Positions 7,960-16,086 of a stretch of DNA of 24,000 nucleotides are shown here, piece by piece. Position 1 is the first letter of the stretch, and every line of letters begins with the position of its first letter. Position numbers and translations under genes: made by a program. The DNA is from an uncultured archaeon (lineage in GTDB: Archaea; Asgardarchaeota; Heimdallarchaeia; Heimdallarchaeales; Heimdallarchaeaceae). Under the pieces are notes generated by a model. That model was not told the DNA's origin, ran no database searches, and worked only from the letters and a program-made list of their open reading frames with translations. Where the stretch lies: positions 1 to 24,000 of the forward strand of contig CAZHRF010000036.1 of assembly GCA_964534625.1 (NCBI GenBank). The letters are read 5' to 3'.

Positions 7960-8682
7960 TTGGGATTAAGAGAAATAGAAAAAAAATTAAAAATCAAATC
8001 AGCTTTTCAGGTGAAAGAAGCAGAATTAATGATTAAAGAATTAGAGCAAATGATAGAAAACACTAAAGAAACGAAAAAACAACTGCAAAAATTTGAAAAG
8101 AAATATAGCGATAAAATAAAACAGAACAAAGATTATTATGAAAAATTAGAGGGGCTCAGAGAAGAGTTAGGATTACCAAAAGAGATTGGGAGATACGATT
8201 GGAGAGACGCTCCATCTATGAAAGACAAATTAACTGGTGGCGGATACTATGATAGATTGGCTAATGAAATTATTGATTTGGGTAAAGAGTTAACGAAACA
8301 AAATGGAGGGATTATGGCGATAAGTGAACTGTTCACACAAGTTAATAAAGCAAGACCAGGAAACGTAGTTTCAATTGATGACCTGTATAAAGGGTTAGAG
8401 AAGTTAATAAATGCCTCGTTAATCGCACCTTTCAAAATATTGGAATCAGGAGTAAAAATTGTTGAATTCACACCGGTTGAATTCTCTCAAGATCATAGTC
8501 TTGTTTTAAGTTATGCATCCAAAACGGGATATATAACAAGAGAAGAATTACTTATGCAAACAAATTGGACAGAGGAAAGAATTAATCGTTGCCTTGTTTT
8601 CTTTGAAGAAAATAATATAGCGATTAAAGACGACGATTATGAAGAAGGAACAAAGTATTGGTTCCCGGGACTGGGACAATAA
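7960..8682 (+). CDS. ESCRT-II EAP30 (Vps22/Vps36)-like protein
   Basis: 240 aa, TTG start; N-terminal helical region then tandem winged-helix pattern 'GGIMAISELFTQVNKARPGNVVSIDDLYKGLEKL...FKILESGVKIVEF...TGYITREELL...FFEENNIAIKDDDYEEGTKYWFPGL', matching the EAP30 domain. Confidence 0.87.
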   Translation: MGLREIEKKLKIKSAFQVKEAELMIKELEQMIENTKETKKQLQKFEKKYSDKIKQNKDYYEKLEGLREELGLPKEIGRYDWRDAPSMKDKLTGGGYYDRLANEIIDLGKELTKQNGGIMAISELFTQVNKARPGNVVSIDDLYKGLEKLINASLIAPFKILESGVKIVEFTPVEFSQDHSLVLSYASKTGYITREELLMQTNWTEERINRCLVFFEENNIAIKDDDYEEGTKYWFPGLGQ

Positions 8683-8720
8683 CTTTCTTATCGTTTTTTT
8701 CGCATAGAAAAATAAAAAGA
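8683..8720. terminator. Short convergent intergenic with T-run on the + strand (8694-8700) and A-rich stretch (T-rich on the - strand); possible bidirectional terminator
   Basis: 38-bp gap 'ctttcttatcgtttttttcgcatagaaaaataaaaaga' between the two convergent ESCRT arrays; archaeal terminators are often simple T-runs. Confidence 0.4.
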
Positions 8721-9518
8721 TTAGAAGACTTTTTCATCATCAAAACGCATGATAGTCTTTTCCCTATTCAACCAGTGAGCTACCCCTTTATTCACTAAAA
8801 TATCGACAACATCAATCAAATCCTCAGGAGGTAAAGTTGCCCATTCTTCATCAAATTGTGATAAATCAAAAAGTGAGTGGACTTCCACTACTCGACCAGT
8901 TTCCAACATGAAATTAAGCAAATCTTCAGCAAATTCAGCGTTTGTTTTCCACTTGATTCGGGCTCTAAGTTTAGTTGTTTCTTCCTTTTTTAGCCCAAAA
9001 ATCTTAGCTAACCACGCAAAAAACCCTCGTTTTTGTTCTTCATCCAACCAGGTTGCGTAGTCTTTCTCACCTAAGTAACCAACTAAGTTCCTCAGCTGTT
9101 CAATGGATAACTCTTTTCCTATTTCTTCATTCTTAAATGGGTAAACAGTACGTATTTTATTGATACTAATAATATGAATCACATATAATTTAGTATAATC
9201 AAGAAGAACCTTTGACCATTTATCAGACCATGAACCTATTTTATCTGTACTTTTGGGGGAAATATACATCCACGGTTTGTTCACCCATTTAGGTAACATG
9301 TCCTCGAACTCTTTTTCTAATTTAACTTGTTGATCCTTCTTAGTTAAAAGTCCAGTTTGAGACCTATCTATAGCTTTAGTAGTTTGTAATTCTTCTTCCG
9401 ATATTTCAATTCCTTTCAAACTGGCCTCAATTAATTTAAGTTTCTCCTCTGAAATCTTTTTTTCTTTCTTCAATTCTTCAAGATTCACATCTATTGATTC
9501 TTTTTCTAACGTTGCCAT
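8721..9518 (-). CDS. ESCRT-II Vps25-like protein with N-terminal extension
   Basis: 265 aa; charged helical N-terminus, then 'WVNKPWMYISPKSTDKIGSWSDKWSKVLLDYTKLYVI' and C-terminal winged-helix 'EDLIDVVDILVNKGVAHWLNREKTIMRF', consistent with Vps25; 16 bp downstream of vps4. Confidence 0.78.
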   Translation of the reverse strand: MATLEKESIDVNLEELKKEKKISEEKLKLIEASLKGIEISEEELQTTKAIDRSQTGLLTKKDQQVKLEKEFEDMLPKWVNKPWMYISPKSTDKIGSWSDKWSKVLLDYTKLYVIHIISINKIRTVYPFKNEEIGKELSIEQLRNLVGYLGEKDYATWLDEEQKRGFFAWLAKIFGLKKEETTKLRARIKWKTNAEFAEDLLNFMLETGRVVEVHSLFDLSQFDEEWATLPPEDLIDVVDILVNKGVAHWLNREKTIMRFDDEKVF

Positions 9519-9534
9519 CCAATTACCTCATATA

Positions 9535-10683
9535 TTATGCTGAACCAAATTCGGCAGCCCAATCTAGATATTTATTAACTTCTCGCTCATTAACGGAAGG
9601 ATTAATATCCTGTATTGCTCCAATAAAATCACTCATGTTTACATCACGGGCTTGTACAGTTTCATCACCTAATGCACCAATACTGTCCAAATCACGGATT
9701 GGTTTCATAATAGCCTCTCTACATATCATAGCTATATCGGCACCAGAGTAGCCTTCAGTAATCTCTGCGAGCTTACCATAATCAACATCAGATTCCATGT
9801 TAACTTCACGGGTATTATACTTGAAAATACCTTCTCTAGCCTCCAGATCAGGTAAACCAATATAAATACGTCTTTCAAATCGTCTTCTAAATGCAGCATC
9901 AATACCTTCGGGAAAGTTAGTGGCGCCAAGAACAACTATACGGTCTTCGTCTTTACTACTTAAACCATCCATTGAAGTTAATAATTCGTTTTTTACACGT
10001 CGTAAAGCATCATGTTCGCTACCCCTAGAACCCGTCATAGCATCAACTTCATCAACAAATACAATGGAAGGTTGTCTTTCTCTTGCTATCTCGAAAAGCG
10101 TTTTTACTAACTTTTCTGATTCACCCAACCATTTTGACATCAAGGAAGATGCTGAAACATTGAAAAATGAGGCTTCTATCTCAGAGGCTGTTGCACGGGC
10201 TAGTAAAGTTTTACCACAACCAGGCGGACCAAATAATAGAATCCCTTTCCAAGGTCTGCGTGCTCCCCTAAACAAATCGGGTCGCATCAATGGAAGTACT
10301 ATGGCTTCACGTAAGGTTTGTTTTGCAACACTTAAGCCAGCAATGTCATTCATTTTAACATTTGGTTTTTCTGTTACAATAAGGTCATCAATTGCACTTG
10401 CTAATTTATCGTTATCAGAATCCGTTGCTCGTGCTTTGTTCCTTGAACGCTCTTTGATTTTTTCTCTCAATTCTTTTGCACGATCAACGTACATTTCAGC
10501 TTTTTTACGAAGCTGCTTTGCTACCTGGATATTACGTTCAAAACGGATAGCTTGTGTTAAGGCTTCAGCTGCTTCTAGATAATAAGCTACAGCCTCACTA
10601 TATTGTTGATCTTTATCTAAATTGTATGCTTTTTTAGCTTTCTTTGTTGCTTGCTCTATTATACCTCTAGCAGACACGTACAC
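9535..10683 (-). CDS. vps4: Vps4-like AAA+ ATPase with N-terminal MIT domain (CdvC/Vps4)
   Basis: 382 aa; MIT-like 'QYSEAVAYYLEAAEALTQAI...LRKKAEMYVDRAKELREKI'; Walker A GPPGCGKT, Walker B SIVFVDEVDAM, sensor 'VVLGATNFPEGIDAAFRRRFERRIYIGLPD'. Confidence 0.97.
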   Translation of the reverse strand: MYVSARGIIEQATKKAKKAYNLDKDQQYSEAVAYYLEAAEALTQAIRFERNIQVAKQLRKKAEMYVDRAKELREKIKERSRNKARATDSDNDKLASAIDDLIVTEKPNVKMNDIAGLSVAKQTLREAIVLPLMRPDLFRGARRPWKGILLFGPPGCGKTLLARATASEIEASFFNVSASSLMSKWLGESEKLVKTLFEIARERQPSIVFVDEVDAMTGSRGSEHDALRRVKNELLTSMDGLSSKDEDRIVVLGATNFPEGIDAAFRRRFERRIYIGLPDLEAREGIFKYNTREVNMESDVDYGKLAEITEGYSGADIAMICREAIMKPIRDLDSIGALGDETVQARDVNMSDFIGAIQDINPSVNEREVNKYLDWAAEFGSA

Positions 10684-10902
10684 ACCTCATCTTTATCTTG
10701 AAAGTTACAAGGGATGATTATAGTTGAAACGATATTAACAAGACGATTTCGTCTATTGTATTAAATAGTTTCCCAATAAAGGTTAAACGTTCTTATTAAT
10801 AAAGTATAGCATATTATCTAACGTAAGGAGTAAACAACCTAACAACATATGTCAGAATAAGAGAAAATAAAAAGAAAAAGAGAGTTATATGTTTAATAGT
10901 AA

Positions 10903-11568
10903 CTAATCATCCGATATTTCTTCTTTCAAAGCTTCTAATTCCGCCTCTAGATCCGATGTATCTTCAACTTGAGAACTTCTTGATTTACCTGTTGAAACAG
11001 AGGGTAATTCATCATCTATATCTATAGATGGAAGATCCCCAGTTGTTTCCATATCCAACTCTGCTTGAAGTTGATCTAATTCATCGTCAATAGATATATC
11101 AAAATCATCTTCGAAAGCACCCTCTGAGAAACTCGTATCACCTAAGATCTCTTGGGACATAGATAATCTATCTTGTTGCATAGCTGCTTTATCCATAACT
11201 TCTGCAACACGTTTTTCATCAATTTTTCCCATTTGTTGCTCTACAACGTTTGTCCCCGTCTCCATCGCCTTAACCGTTTCTGAGGTTGATTTAGCAGTAT
11301 CTATGCTCTCCATTTGTGTTTGGAGATTCATTATCATATTTTGAGCTTGATTGATTTTTTTTAGATAAATTCTTCTTCTTTGCATTGCAGAGCGTGCGCC
11401 ATTTTTATTTCCACTTTTAAGCATCTTTGCAGCGAGTACTTTTTGCTCATCAGAAAGTCGCTCATAATTACGAATATTACGTTCAAGCTTATTTATTTGA
11501 GCTTTTAACACGGAAAGGGCTTGAGCGTCATCTCGCCTTTTGTCACCAAATAACCATTTTTTGACCAT
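10903..11568 (-). CDS. ESCRT-III (Snf7 family), Vps20/32/60 (CHMP4-7)-like
   Basis: 221 aa; basic N-terminal helix; 'TSETVKAMETGTNVVEQQMGKIDEKRVAEVMDKAAMQQDRLSMSQEIL' closely follows the CHMP4/Snf7 alpha3-alpha4 pattern; acidic tail; C-terminal DLEAELEALKEE. Confidence 0.92.
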   Translation of the reverse strand: MVKKWLFGDKRRDDAQALSVLKAQINKLERNIRNYERLSDEQKVLAAKMLKSGNKNGARSAMQRRRIYLKKINQAQNMIMNLQTQMESIDTAKSTSETVKAMETGTNVVEQQMGKIDEKRVAEVMDKAAMQQDRLSMSQEILGDTSFSEGAFEDDFDISIDDELDQLQAELDMETTGDLPSIDIDDELPSVSTGKSRSSQVEDTSDLEAELEALKEEISDD

Positions 11569-11582
11569 AATATATCACCATC

Positions 11583-12194
11583 TTACTCTTCTTTATCACG
11601 AAGTTTTTGTATTTCAGCTTCTAAATCATCAACTTCTGCACCTACTGTGGGTAATGTGGTACCTGTTGTTATACCCATCTCAACTGCAGTTTGTTCAATT
11701 AACCTATCGACTTCTGACTCATCAGTATCACTCACAAGCATATCATCAATACCATCCTCTATTGTTTCCGTACTTGTTTCTATATTGTCGATAGACATTT
11801 CCATGTCTTGAATAACGCGATCCAAATCAGGTATTTGCAGTTGTGCATTAGCCATTCTTAGGGCGTCAGCAACACCGTGCATTTCTTCAGCCATTGAAGC
11901 GGCTGAATCAGCACGCTCTAACTTGAATATGAGACCATTAATTCTAGAAACCAATTTTTGATATCCTAGTGACCACTTGCGGCTGCGAACGATATCTGTA
12001 CTATATAACCTTGCGGCTTCCATATCACCTCGTTCAATAGCTTTACGCATTTTTTGTTCCATCTTTCTTTCATCAGAATCGATTTTACGTTGTGCGCGTT
12101 CAAGTCGTCGGATAGTAAGCTTAAGATTCACAATATGTTCTCTAGGTGAACTACTACCTGACCCAAATAACCAGCCAAAGAATGAACTAAACAT
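11583..12194 (-). CDS. ESCRT-III, Vps2/24/46 (CHMP1-3)-like
   Basis: 203 aa; 'IERGDMEAARLYSTDIVRSRKWSLGYQKLVSRINGLIFKLE...MIQDMEMSIDNIETSTETIEDGIDDML'-type pattern of the CHMP1-3 group; C-terminal DLEAEIQKLR MIM-like helix. Confidence 0.9.
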   Translation of the reverse strand: MFSSFFGWLFGSGSSSPREHIVNLKLTIRRLERAQRKIDSDERKMEQKMRKAIERGDMEAARLYSTDIVRSRKWSLGYQKLVSRINGLIFKLERADSAASMAEEMHGVADALRMANAQLQIPDLDRVIQDMEMSIDNIETSTETIEDGIDDMLVSDTDESEVDRLIEQTAVEMGITTGTTLPTVGAEVDDLEAEIQKLRDKEE

Positions 12195-12514
12195 TTTTTC
12201 TCACTTGTCTTTATCGCTTATATTATTTAATCTTTTGGAGTCTTTTATACCTATCTATTCCGTTTCTCTTTTTTGAAGGTTTTCTGGATTACTTTATTAT
12301 TTTCACTTTAATTGGCTCGTTTACTGACACATAGAGTAAAAATATCCTTTGTTAGTAGAGAGTAGGAAATGCTTGTGAATCTTTAACAAAAGATAAACAC
12401 AAATAAACTTAATAATTAAGGCGGAATCATTTCAACGAAGTAAAGATAAGAAAAGAAAAGACCACTTTAATCCGATTGTGGTTCTTTATGTTTCTTTAAA
12501 AAGAGGTAATAAAA

Positions 12515-12883
12515 ATGACAGAAGACAAACCAATTATTCATCCACCATTATCTATGAAGACAAAGAGCTTGAAAGAATTAGCAAAAGTTATCCTATCTGG
12601 AGCCAATCCGCAGAGAGGAGCAGGATATCTAAATTATATCGTGCTTGAGAATAAAACTATATATTTCACAATGCATATGGGAATGGGGTACTATAATCTT
12701 CGTTCTTTGCCAATAATTCTTTGGACTGAGGAAGAAAAACCTCCAACAGGTGGATTTTTGAGATATAGAACATCACCAAAAGAAGAATTGGTGTTTGCCA
12801 CAGATGGTTCTGATCCAAAGTGGGCAACTCTACCCTTAGTAGAATATGAAGAAATTCCAGAAGAATTCAAAGTGTTCGAGTAA
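12515..12883 (+). CDS. Conserved-looking hypothetical protein
   Basis: 122-aa ATG-initiated ORF, non-overlapping, balanced composition; no recognised family. Confidence 0.6.
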   Translation: MTEDKPIIHPPLSMKTKSLKELAKVILSGANPQRGAGYLNYIVLENKTIYFTMHMGMGYYNLRSLPIILWTEEEKPPTGGFLRYRTSPKEELVFATDGSDPKWATLPLVEYEEIPEEFKVFE

Positions 12884-13103
12884 GACCAGTAGAGAGTTGA
12901 AAGTTAACCATCTCATTTAACACCGCTTTAATCTAATTTCAGTTATCATAAAGAACCTACCTAAGGAAACAATTTTCAACCTTTTTGTTTTTTTAAATGT
13001 ATTAATAAAACAATTCCTTTTGATAATTAATTACGAAATAAAACAACGTTTAAGGAAGTTTAAGGAGAGTAAAGAAAAAATAAAGAAATAAAATAGAATT
13101 AAT

Positions 13104-14411
13104 TTAATCTCTTATAGCCTTTTTTCCATCACGTAAAAATTGTGTGAAATTAATTCTTGAAGGACATACATAAGAACACAATCCACATTCAATACAGACC
13201 TCAACATGGAGTTTTCTTAACATATTTACATCATCTTTTTTTGCTGCATCCATTATCAGTTGAGGATAGATATCTACTGGACATACGATATTACAATATG
13301 AACAACGTATACATGGCAAGGAATTCTCATAGGGGTCATGTTCTTCTGCTTGAAAAGCTGTTACTGCAGAAGTAGCTTTTAGAACAGGATATGAGGCATC
13401 ATCTATAGTTGGTCCCATCATAATTGAACCTAAAACTATTCTATTAAATTTTGTCGGAGATAATTTTAGATAATCAAGGATATGATTAACGGGTGTTCCC
13501 ATGCGTACCCACAAATTCTTCCCTTTTGTCTCTTTAGAATAGAAGGTAATACCCCGTGAGACTAGTGTTTCACCATTATATACTGCATCCCAAACTGCAT
13601 AAGCTGTTGCAATGTTATGTACGATTATTCCAATATCAGGCGCATATTGACCTGCTGGAACTTCAATGCCTAAAATTTCTTTTATTAAGAGTTTTTCACT
13701 TCCAACAGAATAATTGGGACGAATACGTTCAATAAGTATATCGTTGTCTCTCAAAAGTGCTTCAAACTCTGGTGTTGTACCTTCCTTTGTTCGTGTAGCA
13801 AAAATAATTTGATCCACGTCAAGCATTTTACCCATCAGTTTTATACCTTTTATTAGTTCCTTAGATTTTTCAACCATCAAACGGAAGTCACAAGCAATAT
13901 TTGGATCGCTTTCTTTGGCATTTATAATCAAGCAAGAAATAGCTTTTGATCCAAGTTTTACATGACTAGGGAATGAAGCACCACCAAGCCCAACTATTCC
14001 CGCTTCCTTAACGCGCTCAATTAATTGCGCTCTTGTTGCATTTTTGGGATCTAGAGGGTCTAAAGCACGCTTTTTTTCTTCATTTTCTGTTTTTATCACT
14101 ATTGCAATTTCATCATTTCCAGAAATAGGATTTTTTATTTCTTTTTTTTCGACTATTTTACCATTAACAGGACTATGAACTGGAGTACAAAGTGCATTTT
14201 CATCATCAATATCACCAATTTTTTGACCATACTTTACACGATCTCCAACTTTTACTAATGGTTCAGCTTTTTTTCCGATATGCTGACTTAAGAACACAAT
14301 CATGTGTTCAGCAGGAGGTACTTCCGTAAATGGGTCATCGACGGCCGTTTTTTTCATATCGATGTTCATCTCAAAACGACCTTTTTCCTTGAAATGTTGC
14401 ATACTAAGCAC
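13104..14411 (-). CDS. rnfC: Electron transport complex subunit RnfC-like (NADH-binding-fold, 2x[4Fe-4S])
   Basis: 435 aa; 'VHSPVNGKIV' barrel-sandwich motif, 'AGIVGLGGASFPSHVKL', two ferredoxin clusters CIRCSYCNIVCPVDIYP and CIECGLCSYVCPSRI. Confidence 0.88.
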   Translation of the reverse strand: MLSMQHFKEKGRFEMNIDMKKTAVDDPFTEVPPAEHMIVFLSQHIGKKAEPLVKVGDRVKYGQKIGDIDDENALCTPVHSPVNGKIVEKKEIKNPISGNDEIAIVIKTENEEKKRALDPLDPKNATRAQLIERVKEAGIVGLGGASFPSHVKLGSKAISCLIINAKESDPNIACDFRLMVEKSKELIKGIKLMGKMLDVDQIIFATRTKEGTTPEFEALLRDNDILIERIRPNYSVGSEKLLIKEILGIEVPAGQYAPDIGIIVHNIATAYAVWDAVYNGETLVSRGITFYSKETKGKNLWVRMGTPVNHILDYLKLSPTKFNRIVLGSIMMGPTIDDASYPVLKATSAVTAFQAEEHDPYENSLPCIRCSYCNIVCPVDIYPQLIMDAAKKDDVNMLRKLHVEVCIECGLCSYVCPSRINFTQFLRDGKKAIRD

Positions 14412-15441
14412 CTCCTTTTGATATTACATGTCCGTAAGGTCTTTTCATAATAATTTTATCCAGATATGGGGTTAGTGCATTTAACGCCACAAGTGCAATA
14501 ATTGATCCTCCAAGTACATTTAGAAGTTGTAAAAAGAAAGTCAAAATTGCAAGGGATATACCGAATATATATTGTGATAGTTCAGGCATAGGTGTCGATT
14601 GGGGTTCAGTAGCCATAAAAAAGACCATGAAGATAACACTGCCAGTAAAGACATGAAATGCAATTCTTAAAATGATATCTCCTTGGAATAAACCCATAAT
14701 AAGAGCTAAACCAGTCATTGTCAATAGAGAACTTACTATGATTCTCCATTTGTACCTTAACCAATATGCTGCGATTGATCCTACAATAAGTACTAAGATA
14801 CCACAAGCTCCACCTATCCACCCGTGAGTTTGCCAAAAGAAAAGACTCTGGGCAGCGGACAAATCTTGTCCAAATAGACTTTCACGTTGGAATATCCACA
14901 TTGAAGCATTAAATCCTTCTGAAGTCCATAGGTTTAGATCTAAATGATGGGGATGAAATATCATACCAAGTTTTAGAGGCTCATCCAAAAAGAATAGTAT
15001 CGATAAGACAACCAGAGCTAACACTTTGGCAGCTGCAGCAGGATTCAGATATTTTCTTTCAAAATACTTACCTTGTCCATATTTGAACAAGAGAATAGTT
15101 AATAAGGCAACACCAGCTGTAGTGTAAAAAGGGGAAGCGATTGGCATACATAAACCAACTATCATTCCTGCCACAAGAGGGGACATTGGGGTTTCATAGG
15201 TGGGAGAAATGTTTTTCATTTTCTGGTATGAATAGATTAGACTATGAACAATCAATACCGTTCCTAAAGCGATGATTATATGAACAAATGCATCGACACC
15301 CATAATTATAATTGAAACTACTGCAATTATGGACAACATTAAAAATGTCTTCAGCATTAATTCATCTTTGGTAAATCCAATATGAATATGAGGGGGATTT
15401 ACATCTTTATAATTTACTGTTTTAGATTCTTCTGGGTTCAT
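14404..15441 (-). CDS. rnfD: RnfD/NqrB-like integral membrane subunit
   Basis: 345 aa, multiple TM helices; overlaps the rnfC start by 8 nt; 'FMATEPQSTPM', 'HGWIGGACGILVLIVGSI' and 'HVISKGGA' region resemble the NQR2/RnfD family. Confidence 0.78.
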   Translation of the reverse strand: MNPEESKTVNYKDVNPPHIHIGFTKDELMLKTFLMLSIIAVVSIIIMGVDAFVHIIIALGTVLIVHSLIYSYQKMKNISPTYETPMSPLVAGMIVGLCMPIASPFYTTAGVALLTILLFKYGQGKYFERKYLNPAAAAKVLALVVLSILFFLDEPLKLGMIFHPHHLDLNLWTSEGFNASMWIFQRESLFGQDLSAAQSLFFWQTHGWIGGACGILVLIVGSIAAYWLRYKWRIIVSSLLTMTGLALIMGLFQGDIILRIAFHVFTGSVIFMVFFMATEPQSTPMPELSQYIFGISLAILTFFLQLLNVLGGSIIALVALNALTPYLDKIIMKRPYGHVISKGGA

Positions 15442-15545
15442 ATTTAATCTTTCATAGACAATTATTAAATGTTTTCTTTTTTAAAATTGTGTTAGACAGA
15501 GTTAAAGCACGACTATTTCCACTTCAAGAAAAAACGATTTATTTT

Positions 15546-15974
15546 TTAAGAAGAAAAACTCAATGCATAACCACATTTAGAGCAAAATTCATCTTTTTTG
15601 CTTTTCTTTACGCCACAGCTAGGACAAAACGCAATTTTTTTAATCTTGGATAATTCTTCTCCGCACTTTGAGCAAAACTCTTCTTCTTTTTTAAGTTTAT
15701 TTCCACAACTCGCACAATATTTAATACTTTTTACCACTTGTTGCTTTCTTTGTGGTTTTCTACTCTTTAACAATCGAATCTGTATCAAAACCATCACCAA
15801 CAAAATAAAACCAACTGATGCTATGACAACAAATACTATATCACCAGGTTGAACCAATAGCTTTTTATTATCTATTAGATTTGAAATCAGTCCATAGCTA
15901 CCATAAATGAGTCCAGCTATACCAAACAACAATTCTGTTACAATCCACGTTATTTTATCAATTTGAGATGGCAC
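15546..15974 (-). CDS. Membrane-anchored double zinc-ribbon protein
   Basis: 142 aa; two N-terminal hydrophobic segments, then two zinc ribbons: CASCGNKLKKEEEFCSKCG and CPSCGVKKSKKDEFCSKCG. Confidence 0.75.
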   Translation of the reverse strand: MPSQIDKITWIVTELLFGIAGLIYGSYGLISNLIDNKKLLVQPGDIVFVVIASVGFILLVMVLIQIRLLKSRKPQRKQQVVKSIKYCASCGNKLKKEEEFCSKCGEELSKIKKIAFCPSCGVKKSKKDEFCSKCGYALSFSS

Positions 15975-16086
15975 AGATAAATATTTACTCCATCATATAA
16001 ATTTATTTTCCTCATTTTAATGTAATTGATAATAAAAAAGAAAAAAACACGTTACAAGCATATTAAATCCAAAATGTAGTATAAAC

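Noticed and set aside
9920-10582. 220-aa + strand ORF antisense to vps4
   Set aside because: Mirror ORF produced by codon structure of the AAA ATPase gene; no motif.
11540-12276. 84-aa and 99-aa + strand ORFs antisense to the ESCRT-III genes
   Set aside because: Low complexity (His/Leu/Tyr-rich) shadow translations.
12884-13103. AT-rich convergent intergenic with TTAAGGA repeats and a T7 run
   Set aside because: Consistent with simple terminators and AT-rich sequence; repeats too short to be meaningful.
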